DNA of 64,000 nt from an uncultured delta proteobacterium (GTDB taxonomy: Bacteria; Myxococcota_A; Polyangia; Polyangiales; JAFGIB01). Positions 27,566-36,455 of this stretch are shown one piece after another; position 1 is the first letter of the stretch, and every line of letters starts with the position of its first letter. The stretch spans positions 1 through 64,000 of the forward strand of contig CAVZVA010000009.1 of NCBI GenBank assembly GCA_963778655.1. Direction: 5' to 3'. Below the pieces are notes generated by a model that saw only the letters and a list, made by a program, of their open reading frames with translations, did no database searches and was not told the origin of the DNA. The translations under genes were made by a program, and so were the position numbers.

Positions 27566-28260
27566 AGCTCTACTCGTACATCGTCGCGCGCGACTTCGGC
27601 TTCGCACCGAACCCGTTTTTCGGGTTCTGTACGCTGGCGACGTGCAAGCCGAAGATCCGTGCCGGTGCGAGTGTCGGAGACTGGATTGTTGGGACCGGAG
27701 CGAAGACCAGGTACGACATCGCGGGCCGACTGATCTACGCGATGCAAATCGACGAAGTGCTCGACTTCGACAGCTATTGGAACGACGCCCGCTTCGTTCG
27801 AAAGCGCCCCAACCTGAACGGAAGCCTGAAGGTGATCTACGGTGACAACATCTATCACCGCGTCGGCAAGAAGTGGGTGCAGGCGAACTCGCACCACAGC
27901 CTAGAGAACGGCCGTCCCAACAAGGCCAACATCGCCTGGGACACCGGGGTCGACCGGGTGCTCATCGCCACGAAGTTCGTCTACTGGGGGAAGACTGCCC
28001 CCACGATCCCGAAGCGGTTCCGCGCCTTTCGCAAGGCGAAGGAGGACATCTGCTGCAAGGCGCGAGGGCATCGTGTCTTGGGGGAGGAGATCGCCACCGC
28101 GTTCGCGAAGTGGTTGGACCAGCGGGGCAAGTGGGGCTTCCAGGGCGAACCCCTGGAGTTCGAGAAACACGTACGCGCGCTGGAAACAGCGAAGAAGAGC
28201 GCACCAGCCCGCGGGGCGAGAAGCACCCGCAAGCGGGCCGGCCGAAGGAGCGCGAGATGA
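27562..28260 (+). CDS. Nucleotide modification associated domain 2 (Nmad2) protein
   Basis: YSYIVARDFGFAPNPFFGFCTLATCKPKIR...GDWIVG...GDNIY. Confidence 0.85.
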   Translation: MKLYSYIVARDFGFAPNPFFGFCTLATCKPKIRAGASVGDWIVGTGAKTRYDIAGRLIYAMQIDEVLDFDSYWNDARFVRKRPNLNGSLKVIYGDNIYHRVGKKWVQANSHHSLENGRPNKANIAWDTGVDRVLIATKFVYWGKTAPTIPKRFRAFRKAKEDICCKARGHRVLGEEIATAFAKWLDQRGKWGFQGEPLEFEKHVRALETAKKSAPARGARSTRKRAGRRSAR

Positions 28261-29402
28261 CCGACGTGACCGGAGATCGCTGGCTCCACGAGTTCGCGGT
28301 GCTTGCGGCGAAGACCGACCGCTTCTTGGGCAAGGACGACCATGCCGCCCTGTTGGCAGCGGGCTTGTTCGGCGAGGCGGGAAGCGTCGTCGCCGAGCTC
28401 AAGAAGGCGCGTCGTGAGCGCGAAGCGTATCCGGTCTACCGCGAGAGGATGATCGAGGAGGTCGGCGACTTCCTCTGGTACTTCGTCCGCCTAGCTGCAG
28501 TCGTCGCCCCTGGCCTGCTCGATGAGCTTCAAGGACCGGAGCAGGGTGTTGTCGGGGCGGCGGATGGTCCCCAGCTTACGGCGCACCTCGACTTCGGTGC
28601 ATCCGTGGGCGAAGTCCTCGCGGCTGTCAGCGCCTCAACCCACAGCGACGCCAAAGCGAGCCTGCATCGCACATGGGCCCTGCTGAATCTGATCAGCAAC
28701 GACAGCAACGTCTCCCTGCGCGACGCAGCCAATCGCAACACCGCTAAGACGAGGAGTCGCTGGCCCGACGAGAAGCGGTACGCGCCGCTCTTCGACGACG
28801 GCTTCCCCGTGGAGGAACAGCTCCCTCGGCGGCTTCAGGTCGAGTTCCTCGAGCGTGCACGCGGCGCCCAGAGAGCAGTCATCTTGCGTTGCAATGACAT
28901 TAACTTCGGGGATCGCCTCACCGACAACATTGAGGACCCGGACGGGTACCGCTTCCACGACATCTTTCACTTTGCCTACGCCGTCCATCTCGGCTGGTCG
29001 CCTGTGGTACGCGCTCTCATGCGGACCAAGCGCAAGAGCAACCCAAAGCTCGATGAGGCGCAGGACGGCGCACGCGCAGGCATCATCGAAGAGGCAGTCT
29101 CTGCTATCGTTTTCAGCCGAGCGAAGCAGCTCAAGTTCTTCGAGGGACTCGACCACGTCGACCTGGACTTGCTGAAGACCGTCGAGGAGTTCGTCGAGGG
29201 CTTCGAGGTCGCTGCCGTATCGCTGTGGCAGTGGGAGGCTGCCATCCTCGACGGGTACCGCGTCTTTCGAGCGCTGCGCGCCGGTCCCGGCGGACGCGTA
29301 GCCCTGGACATGATCGAACGCATCCTTACCTACGCACCCGACGATGAGGAGCACGAGCCCGTCAAGCGGTGGCCGCCCTCATCTTCGCGGGGAACGACAT
29401 GA
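28257..29402 (+). CDS. MazG-like nucleotide pyrophosphohydrolase with MazG_C domain
   Basis: GLFGEAGSVVAELKK...EEVGDFLWY; C-terminal GDRLTDN...DGYRFHDIFH...LGWSPV...KRKS...DGARA..IEE. Confidence 0.88.
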   Translation: MTDVTGDRWLHEFAVLAAKTDRFLGKDDHAALLAAGLFGEAGSVVAELKKARREREAYPVYRERMIEEVGDFLWYFVRLAAVVAPGLLDELQGPEQGVVGAADGPQLTAHLDFGASVGEVLAAVSASTHSDAKASLHRTWALLNLISNDSNVSLRDAANRNTAKTRSRWPDEKRYAPLFDDGFPVEEQLPRRLQVEFLERARGAQRAVILRCNDINFGDRLTDNIEDPDGYRFHDIFHFAYAVHLGWSPVVRALMRTKRKSNPKLDEAQDGARAGIIEEAVSAIVFSRAKQLKFFEGLDHVDLDLLKTVEEFVEGFEVAAVSLWQWEAAILDGYRVFRALRAGPGGRVALDMIERILTYAPDDEEHEPVKRWPPSSSRGTT

Positions 29403-29944
29403 GCAACAGACACAAGGTCTTCGTCAGCTACCACCATGCGCTCGACGAGTCGTACAAGGACATCTTCGAGCGGCGCTTCGGGAACGTGTTCGACGCCATC
29501 GTACCCGGATCGGTGAACGACGGCGACATCGACCCGAACCTTCCGACAGAGACCATTCGGCAGAAGATCCGTGACGAGTACCTCCGCGACACATCGGTGA
29601 CGGTTGTGCTGATCGGCGCGCAGACCTGGCAGCGGAAGCACATCGACTGGGAGATCGGTTCGTCGATCCGCCAAACGAAAACCAATCCTCGCTCCGGCCT
29701 GCTGGGCATTCTGCTGCCATCGTACCCGCGCAAGGACCCAACGAAATACAACCCCCGCACGATACCGCCGCGCCTCTACGACAACATTCAAAGTGGATTC
29801 GCGGTCATTTACAACTGGTCCGAGGACGCCAATACGGTTCAGGGCTGGATCCATCAGGCGTATGAGCGCAAGAGCACGAAAGAGCCCGACAATTCTCGAG
29901 CGTCGTTCGGAAAGAACCGCACGGGCACGGAGTGGAGCGACTGA
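29399..29944 (+). CDS. MTH538/DUF1863 TIR-like protein (ThsB-like), second stand-alone copy
   Basis: HKVFVSYHH...YLRDTSVTVVLIG...RKHIDWEI...GLLGILLP. Confidence 0.9.
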   Translation: MSNRHKVFVSYHHALDESYKDIFERRFGNVFDAIVPGSVNDGDIDPNLPTETIRQKIRDEYLRDTSVTVVLIGAQTWQRKHIDWEIGSSIRQTKTNPRSGLLGILLPSYPRKDPTKYNPRTIPPRLYDNIQSGFAVIYNWSEDANTVQGWIHQAYERKSTKEPDNSRASFGKNRTGTEWSD

Positions 29945-29946
29945 GT

Positions 29947-31008
29947 ATGCGGGCACCCTACGAGATCCGACTGCAAGCCGGGCGCGTGCTCAAGACGACG
30001 CCCGTGTTCGACACCTATTGGCGCTTCGCCGCAGAACGCCAGGAGGTCTTCATGCGGCGGGTGCACGGCGACCGGCCGCCGTGGACGGAGGACCCGATCA
30101 TCGGTGTCCATCGCTTCACAAACACGTACCGGGCATCGGACCGCGTGAGCCAGTACCTGATCCGGAACGTCATCTACGAGGGCTCGCAGACGCACGAGGA
30201 GGTGTTCTTTCGGACGATGCTGTTCAAGCTCTTCAACAAGATCGAGACCTGGGAGGCGCTGCGCACGAAGCTCGGAGCGATCACCTGGCGGGGGTTCACG
30301 TTCGACGCCTACGCGAAGGTGCTCGATCGACTGCTCGCTGACCGCGAGCGCATTTACTCGGCCGCCTACATCATGCCGTCTCCAGCGTTCGGGAGCCCGC
30401 GGAAGCACCGGAATCACCTCCGGCTGATCGAACACATGATGGGCGACGGGGCTGCGAGAACGCTCGCGAGAGCCGCGTCGCTGCGAGAGGTGTTCGAGCT
30501 GCTGCGTGGATACCCGTCACTGGGGGACTTTCTCGCCTTTCAGTTTGCCATCGACCTTAACTACAGCGAGCTGACCGACTTCTCGGAAATGGAGTTCGTC
30601 GTGGCAGGTCCTGGAGCGCGCGACGGTATTCGCAAGTGCTTCAAGGACACGGCGGGCCTGACGGAGGCAGAGATCATCCAGGTGATGGCCGAGCGTGCCG
30701 ACGCGGAGTTCGAGCGCCTCGGCATGCGTTTCCACAGTCTCTGGGGCAGGCCCCTGCAGCTCATCGACTGCCAGAATGTCTTCTGTGAGGTCAGCAAGTA
30801 CGCCCGTGTCGCTCACCCGGAGGTTACTGGGGAGTCCGGTCGCACACGAATCAAGCAGAAGTACACACCGCGTCCAGCTCCGGTCCCGCAGTGGTACCCG
30901 CCAAAGTGGGGGCTCAAGCTCGACTCGAGCGCATCGGCCTCAAGGGGCGGAGGTGTTTCCAAGCGAAGGCCGCCGAGACTGACATCAGAGGGGGTGGCGC
31001 AAACGTGA
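29947..31008 (+). CDS. alpha-glutamyl/putrescinyl-thymine pyrophosphorylase clade 1 (aGPT-Pplase1) family protein
   Basis: FDTYWRFAAERQ...PPWTEDPII...RFTNTYRASDRVSQYLI...FKLFNKIETW...AGPGARDG...IDCQNVFCEVSKYAR; alternative GTG start at 29932. Confidence 0.85.
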   Translation: MRAPYEIRLQAGRVLKTTPVFDTYWRFAAERQEVFMRRVHGDRPPWTEDPIIGVHRFTNTYRASDRVSQYLIRNVIYEGSQTHEEVFFRTMLFKLFNKIETWEALRTKLGAITWRGFTFDAYAKVLDRLLADRERIYSAAYIMPSPAFGSPRKHRNHLRLIEHMMGDGAARTLARAASLREVFELLRGYPSLGDFLAFQFAIDLNYSELTDFSEMEFVVAGPGARDGIRKCFKDTAGLTEAEIIQVMAERADAEFERLGMRFHSLWGRPLQLIDCQNVFCEVSKYARVAHPEVTGESGRTRIKQKYTPRPAPVPQWYPPKWGLKLDSSASASRGGGVSKRRPPRLTSEGVAQT

Positions 31009-31284
31009 GGCCTGGTCGGCCCAAGTTCGCCCCACGCCGGCCACCACCACTAGCCGGGCCAGACCCCAACCTCGGCTCTTCAGGCCCACCACGCCCCGGA
31101 CACCGCCCCGAGTCGGGCCGTCCCGCGGATGGCCTCCACCTGTTCACGCTCGCTGGTCCCAACCCCGCGGGATCGCATGATTTCCTTGTGTTGCGAGGGG
31201 CTCTCAGGGCATGGTTGGCAACAAGGTCGCAAGTGGGGAGCCATTTTTCTCTCGTCGCCAACCAACGGCGAGGGTCGGTAAACA

Positions 31285-31316
31285 GAAGCCCCCAAGGAGC
31301 GATCCGAGGGGGCTTC
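31285..31316. terminator. Hairpin, possible intrinsic terminator
   Basis: GAAGCCCCC-N14-GGGGGCTTC; followed by TGTTT on the minus strand. Confidence 0.4.
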
Positions 31317-31496
31317 GCCGTTTCTCCCTAGAACTCCGAGCGTTTCGCGTGCTGCGCGTGCAAGGGCGGTGCTCTCGCGCGTGCTCGCAGAGAGCGCCGA
31401 GCGAGCGCGATGAGCGCCGCGTGGGACAGCTCTCCCGCTCTCTCTCCCGTCCCGTGGGGAGAGAGAAGCCGAGACGCGTTTAACTGCGTACCCGGC

Positions 31497-31675
31497 GATC
31501 AACAGTCGGCCCCGTTGATCAACAGCTTCGGCGTCCGCGATCGGGGCGAGCCTGTTGATCATCGGGGCGACGGATCGCGACGAGCGACGAACGGTGCCCA
31601 CGTTCGTGCGTGGAGAGCTGGTCGCGCGAGCTTCGAGCGTCGGCGTGGTCGTGGGCGTCGACGGCGCTGTTGATC
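31497..31675. repeat. Four copies of 9-mer CTGTTGATC (two in each orientation)
   Basis: GATCAACAG 31497-31505 and 31517-31525; CTGTTGATC 31552-31560 and 31667-31675. Confidence 0.7.
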
Positions 31676-31792
31676 GCTGGGGCGCAGTCCCATGCGCGGC
31701 CCGCGAATCGCCCTGGACCACGGCGGCGGCAGCGGCGAGAACTGGAGCGTCATGATCCCCTTGGTCCCCGTCGCCGCACGTTCGAGGTCGAC

Positions 31793-32716
31793 ATGATCGT
31801 CGGCGTCGACTTCGGTGCGCCGCAGCGGGCGCGCGACCAGCGGCGGAAGATCATCGCCATCGCCGCGCACTCGACGGGCTGGCACTCCTACCGCATCGAC
31901 GCGACCGGGATGAACACACGGCTCCTCGCGAACGACCCTCCGGGCTGGACCGCGAAGGAGCTCGTCGACGAGCTCACTGCCCGACCGGCCCGCGTCGTCG
32001 GGTTCGACTTCCCGTTCTGCGTCCCGCACGCCCTCCTACGCGACCCGAAGTTCGCCGCGGACCTCGGCTACAACGACGGCGCGTTCCTCGGCTGGCGCTC
32101 CTTCAACTGGTGGATCGCGCAGCGCCTCCCGCTCGGCGACCCGCTCGACTTCGCGCCCTTCGCCCCGTGGCGAGACCGGACCGAGCGCGCGCGGCTCTGG
32201 ACGAAGCGCGCGACGGACATCGCCGCCGGTGGTCAGCCGCCGCTGAAGGACAAGTTCCAGGCGACGTTCCAGATGACGCTCCTGGGGAACGTGTTGCTCT
32301 CGAAGCTGTGGGAGTCGCACCACTACCGCGTGCTGCCGTTTCCAGGCGGTCGCGGCGCTGGCGAAATCATCGAGGTCTACCCGGGCGCGACGCTGCGCAC
32401 GATGGGGCTCGCGAGCTACAAGTCGAGGCCCGACGAAGCTGTGCGTCTCGGCATCGCCGCGTGTGCCGCCGCAGGCATCAAGCTCGACGTGGACCTCCGG
32501 CTCGTCGCCCTCGCGTGCCGCTACAGCTCGGGCACCGCGAAGTCGCCCGACTACGATGTGGCCGACGCGTTCGTCGCGCTCTGCACAGCCATCCTCCACG
32601 CGGAGAACGGCTGTCGCCCGGTGCTCGCGCCCGACCCGACGTGGCAAGAGCGGCTCGTGAAGGAGTGGGAAGGCGCGATTTGGGTCCCGACCATCACGAC
32701 GAGCGTGCCGGCGTAG
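31793..32716 (+). CDS. DUF429 family predicted RNase H-fold nuclease
   Basis: MIVGVDFG, VVGFDFPF, IIEVYPG, DVADAFVA; GAGG before ATG 31793. Confidence 0.75.
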   Translation: MIVGVDFGAPQRARDQRRKIIAIAAHSTGWHSYRIDATGMNTRLLANDPPGWTAKELVDELTARPARVVGFDFPFCVPHALLRDPKFAADLGYNDGAFLGWRSFNWWIAQRLPLGDPLDFAPFAPWRDRTERARLWTKRATDIAAGGQPPLKDKFQATFQMTLLGNVLLSKLWESHHYRVLPFPGGRGAGEIIEVYPGATLRTMGLASYKSRPDEAVRLGIAACAAAGIKLDVDLRLVALACRYSSGTAKSPDYDVADAFVALCTAILHAENGCRPVLAPDPTWQERLVKEWEGAIWVPTITTSVPA

Positions 32717-32738
32717 GCGGCTGCTACGGTCTATCGCG

Positions 32739-32855
32739 ATGAACAAGCGGTTCCGCAAGAAAAAGCGCGTCGGCGAGTTCAAGGAGCACGGCTTCGAATT
32801 GCTCGCCGACCTGCACTCAGACACGAAATCCGAAGGAGGTCGCGGTGACTCGTGA
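32739..32855 (+). pseudogene. yggL: Truncated N-terminal fragment of YggL/DUF469 family gene
   Basis: MNKRFRKKKRVGEFKEHGFELLADL resembles the YggL N-terminus; stops after 38 codons inside the next gene start. Confidence 0.55.
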
Positions 32856-34302
32856 CGACGCTGCCGTCGTCCGGCAGCGACTCATTCAGGACCTGCGTGC
32901 GGCGCTCGTTCCCGCCCTGAGCACCGGGAGCTGGAACACGATCGAGGACGACCACCGTAAGGTCGACCTGGCGTGGCGCGCAGACCTTGAGCCTGGCTGG
33001 GGGAAGCCCCGATACGTGGAGCGCGTGCTCAATGATCTCCCCGAAGACGAGGTCGTCGGCCTTGGGCATCGGGTCCTCGAGCGACTTGCGGATCGCCCCC
33101 TCCTCGCTGTTGAAGACGCGCTCCTATGGATCGCGGCGAACGGCGTCGCCCAGGTTAGCGAGATCACGCGCATCGCTCTCGCCAGCGCGCTCGACGGGCA
33201 ACGCCTTCACCCCGTCGAGGACCCAAACGTCCTCCTCGGTCGGTTCGCGCGCGCGACTGGAACCACCTCCCCGACGTTCGAGTACGCGCAGAATGCGGAG
33301 CTTGTCGAAGTCGAGATGGACGTGTTCGGCATCTTCGCCGGTGGAGGCTCGACGCCAACCATCACGCGGGCGAACCAGCTGGCGCTCTTGGACGCCTTCG
33401 GTTTCCGCAACTGGCCTGACGCTCGCCTCTTCCAGTTCCTCGAGTTCCTCGTCAACCCAACGGTGCGGCGAGGTGAGGAGCAATCATCGCTCGTCCAGAC
33501 CCTGAACTCCGTCCTCGCCGCCGATCGTTGCGAGCTGGTTGCCGTCGAGCAGCTCTCTGGTCACCCCGTGTTCAAGGTCCGGCCTGCGACCGCGGGCGTC
33601 GCGGGCAGGCCGAAGAACTTGATCTTTGCGTCGACCGGTCCGAAGCCGGAACTCGGCTTCGCAGACGCCGTGAACAACGACATCGTGATCCTTCGGCACG
33701 CCGAGCACTGCCTCGTCTACGACGAGCCGATCGGCGATGACGGACTGCGCTGGACCAGGCTCGTCGAGTGGTGGGCGGCCCGCAACAAGGTCGATCCGAA
33801 AGACGCGGCGACGAGAAACCAGCTCGGCGAGCGGCTCGGGAAGTCCCTCGCGTCGGAGCCGGAGCGTCGCCTCTTCATGTCGTACTTCAAGAGCCTGCGC
33901 CCATTGCTCGGGGATGCGCTGCCGGCGCTGATCCCGCAGGTCTACCTTCACTACGATCCGATGACGCTGCGCGAGCTTCGGGATCGAGGAGATACAAGAC
34001 GGTTCGAAGTCCAGCGGATGGACTTCCTCCTACTCCTCCCTCATGGCGTTCGCGTGATCGTCGAGATCGATGGGCAGCAGCACTACTCAACAGGCATGGA
34101 TGCATCGGCAAAGCCATCACCCGAGGAGTACGCGAGGACGGCACGTTCCGATCGCCACCTTCGACTGGCTGGGTACGAGGTGTATCGCTTCGGCGGCTAC
34201 GAACTCCGTGACGACAACTCGTCCACCAGCGCAGTCCCGGAATTCTTCACGCGGCTGTTTCGTCGGCACAAGCTGTTGGATGCGCTGGCCTCGCCGCGCT
34301 GA
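32845..34302 (+). CDS. AbiJ-N-terminal-domain protein with C-terminal DUF559/Vsr-like nuclease
   Basis: GRPKNLIFASTGPKPE...DAVNNDI; ALIPQVYLHYDP; RMDFLLLL..VIVEIDGQQHY; DRHLRLAGYEVYRFGGYEL; SD GGAGG. Confidence 0.75.
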   Translation: MTRDDAAVVRQRLIQDLRAALVPALSTGSWNTIEDDHRKVDLAWRADLEPGWGKPRYVERVLNDLPEDEVVGLGHRVLERLADRPLLAVEDALLWIAANGVAQVSEITRIALASALDGQRLHPVEDPNVLLGRFARATGTTSPTFEYAQNAELVEVEMDVFGIFAGGGSTPTITRANQLALLDAFGFRNWPDARLFQFLEFLVNPTVRRGEEQSSLVQTLNSVLAADRCELVAVEQLSGHPVFKVRPATAGVAGRPKNLIFASTGPKPELGFADAVNNDIVILRHAEHCLVYDEPIGDDGLRWTRLVEWWAARNKVDPKDAATRNQLGERLGKSLASEPERRLFMSYFKSLRPLLGDALPALIPQVYLHYDPMTLRELRDRGDTRRFEVQRMDFLLLLPHGVRVIVEIDGQQHYSTGMDASAKPSPEEYARTARSDRHLRLAGYEVYRFGGYELRDDNSSTSAVPEFFTRLFRRHKLLDALASPR

Positions 34303-34308
34303 TGGTGC

Positions 34309-34608
34309 TCAGCCCACCAGTGTCTTGAGGAGCGCCATCCCCCGCTCGGTCTCGCCCGGCGTCGCGTCGGCGAGCTCGAGGTACACGCGCCCGCTCTCGT
34401 TGAAGTCCTCGGTGTTCACGCACCAGCGCTCGCTCGCGGGCGTGGCCAGCTCGATCTCGGCGGCGAGCTTGTGCAGCGCGGCCTTCACGACGCGGTAGCT
34501 GGTGCCCTTGGGGAAGCGGAGCGCGATCTGCGGCTCGGGCGTTCCGTAGCGGCTCTCGCCCTGGCTCATCGTCTTCGTCGCCTGCGTGTTCTTCGTCGTC
34601 GTGCTCAT
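34309..34608 (-). CDS. Hypothetical small phage protein (cassette 1)
   Basis: GGAGGACGACGATG start behind motif A; GC3-rich codons. Confidence 0.75.
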   Translation of the reverse strand: MSTTTKNTQATKTMSQGESRYGTPEPQIALRFPKGTSYRVVKAALHKLAAEIELATPASERWCVNTEDFNESGRVYLELADATPGETERGMALLKTLVG

Positions 34609-34636
34609 CGTCGTCCTCCGTGGCGCGTCGTGCGAA

Positions 34637-34686
34637 GTGCCCGTCGCGTGAGGACATACAGGCTTCCGTTTCGACCCATAGCAAGG
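34637..34686 (-). promoter_or_regulatory. Motif A copy 1
   Basis: Minus strand CCTTGC-N10-AACGGAAGCC-TGTATGTCCTCACGCGACGGGCAC; 34 bp identical to copies 2 and 3. Confidence 0.8.
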
Positions 34687-34858
34687 CGGACGGATGTCGA
34701 TTCTCGATGTTCTTTCAGGCTCTTGGAGGCAGGGCGCCTACGCGGCGATGGGCGGCGACGACGTTGCGCCCGGGCGCGCCCGTGGCCCTTCGCGCGGGGC
34801 ACGACGCCGGGCTGCGTGACGCGGCCACGTGGGCCAACGTCGGCGCCCGTGGCGCGCG

Positions 34859-35110
34859 TCAGAGTGCGACCACCGCGTAGCGCGAGCCGGGGTTCATCGC
34901 CTCGAGCTGGGCGCGGCGCTTCTCCGCGTCCTCGGCGGTGGCGAACGCGTCGTACTTCCAGTCGTTCCTGGTGGGCGCCATGCGGCTGATCGAGCCGTCC
35001 TTGTTGACCGACTTCACCATGAAGCGCGCGGTGGCTGCCGCCTGCTCGGTGGCGCGCTTAGCGCGCGCGTCGGCGTAGGCGCGGAAGGCAGTGGTGCTCT
35101 TGATCCTCAT
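34859..35110 (-). CDS. Hypothetical small basic protein (cassette 2)
   Basis: GAGGACGACGACGATG start (MRIKSTTAF...) behind motif A; imperfect hairpin 34819-34859 after the stop. Confidence 0.7.
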   Translation of the reverse strand: MRIKSTTAFRAYADARAKRATEQAAATARFMVKSVNKDGSISRMAPTRNDWKYDAFATAEDAEKRRAQLEAMNPGSRYAVVAL

Positions 35111-35141
35111 CGTCGTCGTCCTCGCTTTCGCGTCGAGCCCC

Positions 35142-35191
35142 GTGCCCGTCGCGTGAGGACATACAGGCTTCCGTTCGCGCACGTAGCAAGG
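35142..35191 (-). promoter_or_regulatory. Motif A copy 2
   Basis: GTGCCCGTCGCGTGAGGACATACAGGCTTCCGTT-N10-GCAAGG on + strand. Confidence 0.8.
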
Positions 35192-35265
35192 CGAAGATCC
35201 GAGGATTCAATCTCGCGCAAGAACACGCGACGTTCCGCGCGCTTCGGGTCGTGGAGACCTTCTGC

Positions 35266-35508
35266 TTACCCCTTCGCCGTCAGCCCGGTGCGGAGCATCT
35301 CGGCGACGAGCGACGCGGCCAGCTCCTCGTCGGTCTCGCCCTTCACGTCGAGCTCGACCTCCTCGAACTTGCGTGCGTTGGCGACGACCCACTCGATGTA
35401 CTTCGGCACGGTGAAGTCCTCGACGCCGAACGCGATGTCCTGCATGGCCTTCACGATCTGCAGGGCCGTGCCTTGGAACACGCGCCCGTCTCTCATCACG
35501 ATCTTCAT
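35266..35508 (-). CDS. Hypothetical protein
   Basis: ATGA-coupled to GGCT gene, AGGAG SD, 80 aa. Confidence 0.7.
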   Translation of the reverse strand: MKIVMRDGRVFQGTALQIVKAMQDIAFGVEDFTVPKYIEWVVANARKFEEVELDVKGETDEELAASLVAEMLRTGLTAKG

Positions 35509-35903
35509 GCTGCGGTCTCCTTTCGGCGCGAGCGCCAGTTGCCCGAGGCGATGACGGGGCGACCTTCGACCTGCTCGGGCGTGAGGAGGTAGGTCTCGAC
35601 CTTGGCGCCGTCTGCCAGCGCGATGCGCGTGCGACGGTAGAAGCGTGGGTGGCCCTCGAGCGCGTCGAGCCGCGCGAGCGTCAGAGCATCGACCTCGTAC
35701 ACCTCGCCAGCCACGGCGTGCGCGCCGCCGCGCACGAGTCCGGGGAACGGCCCCAGATCGCGCAGCTCGAAGGCGGGCTCCGTGCGCGCGTTCGCGACGA
35801 GCCGCGCGCCAGCCAGGGCGCGGTGGTTCGGCTCGCCGGCGAGGAGCGTGCCGTAGACGAAGACGCGCGTGGGCGCGCGACGCTGGCTCCGGGGCGCGCT
35901 CAC
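35505..35903 (-). CDS. Gamma-glutamylcyclotransferase (AIG2-like/GGACT)
   Basis: [13 protein letters not shown]...VAGEVYEV...[16 protein letters not shown] start overlaps upstream stop. Confidence 0.88.
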   Translation of the reverse strand: MSAPRSQRRAPTRVFVYGTLLAGEPNHRALAGARLVANARTEPAFELRDLGPFPGLVRGGAHAVAGEVYEVDALTLARLDALEGHPRFYRRTRIALADGAKVETYLLTPEQVEGRPVIASGNWRSRRKETAA

Positions 35904-36349
35904 GGCGACACCCCCGCTGCGCGAGCCAGGGGCTCGACGTCGAAACCCAGGCGCGAGTACGCGTGCCAGAGCACGGTGAAGTAGCCCAGTGGCGGCGTCC
36001 ACGCTTCGAAGCCGTCCTCGGGCTGGAGGTAGGTCATCACGCGGCGGCGGCGCCCGCTCTCGTCGCGCACCCACCGGATGACGCGCTCGTAGGCGAAGGG
36101 ATGGCCCTCGAAGCGGTCGAGCGCGCGGAGGTCGACGTTGCCCAGCTCGTAGAGGAGCCCCTCGACGCACGCGCCCTTGGCGCGCACCACGCTGGCCACT
36201 GCGCCGCCCCAGCGGTGGCTGAAGCCCCCGAAGACCAGCGCGTAGTTCGGCAGCGTCGCCCGCCCGACCACGCGCGCGTCCGCGCAGCGCTCGCGCATCT
36301 GCGCGTCGTCGAGGTTCGACCCGTAGGCGAAGTAGAGCACCGGGTTCAT
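35900..36349 (-). CDS. Gamma-glutamylcyclotransferase (GGCT-like)
   Basis: LYFAYGSNL...QMRERC...VEGLLYEL...[13 protein letters not shown]. Confidence 0.88.
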   Translation of the reverse strand: MNPVLYFAYGSNLDDAQMRERCADARVVGRATLPNYALVFGGFSHRWGGAVASVVRAKGACVEGLLYELGNVDLRALDRFEGHPFAYERVIRWVRDESGRRRRVMTYLQPEDGFEAWTPPLGYFTVLWHAYSRLGFDVEPLARAAGVSP

Positions 36350-36413
36350 CTTCTCATCTCGCTTCGGGCAATCGCCCGTCGTCGTCATGCATCGCCTCTG
36401 TCCCCCACCGAGT

Positions 36414-36441
36414 CCAGCGCCGGCTCGCGGTCCGGCGCTGG
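36414..36441. terminator. GC-rich hairpin after the amidoligase gene
   Basis: CCAGCGCCGG-N8-CCGGCGCTGG perfect 10-bp stem, no U tract. Confidence 0.4.
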
Positions 36442-36455
36442 TTCGTCGCCGCCGT

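Noticed and set aside
25028..29944. Canonical Thoeris type I/II
   Set aside because: No SIR2-SLOG or TM-Macro ThsA visible; the SLOG is fused to a TIR and other enzymes are interleaved
31497..31675. Chromosomal oriC DnaA boxes
   Set aside because: At least two mismatches to TTATCCACA, no AT-rich unwinding element, no dnaA context
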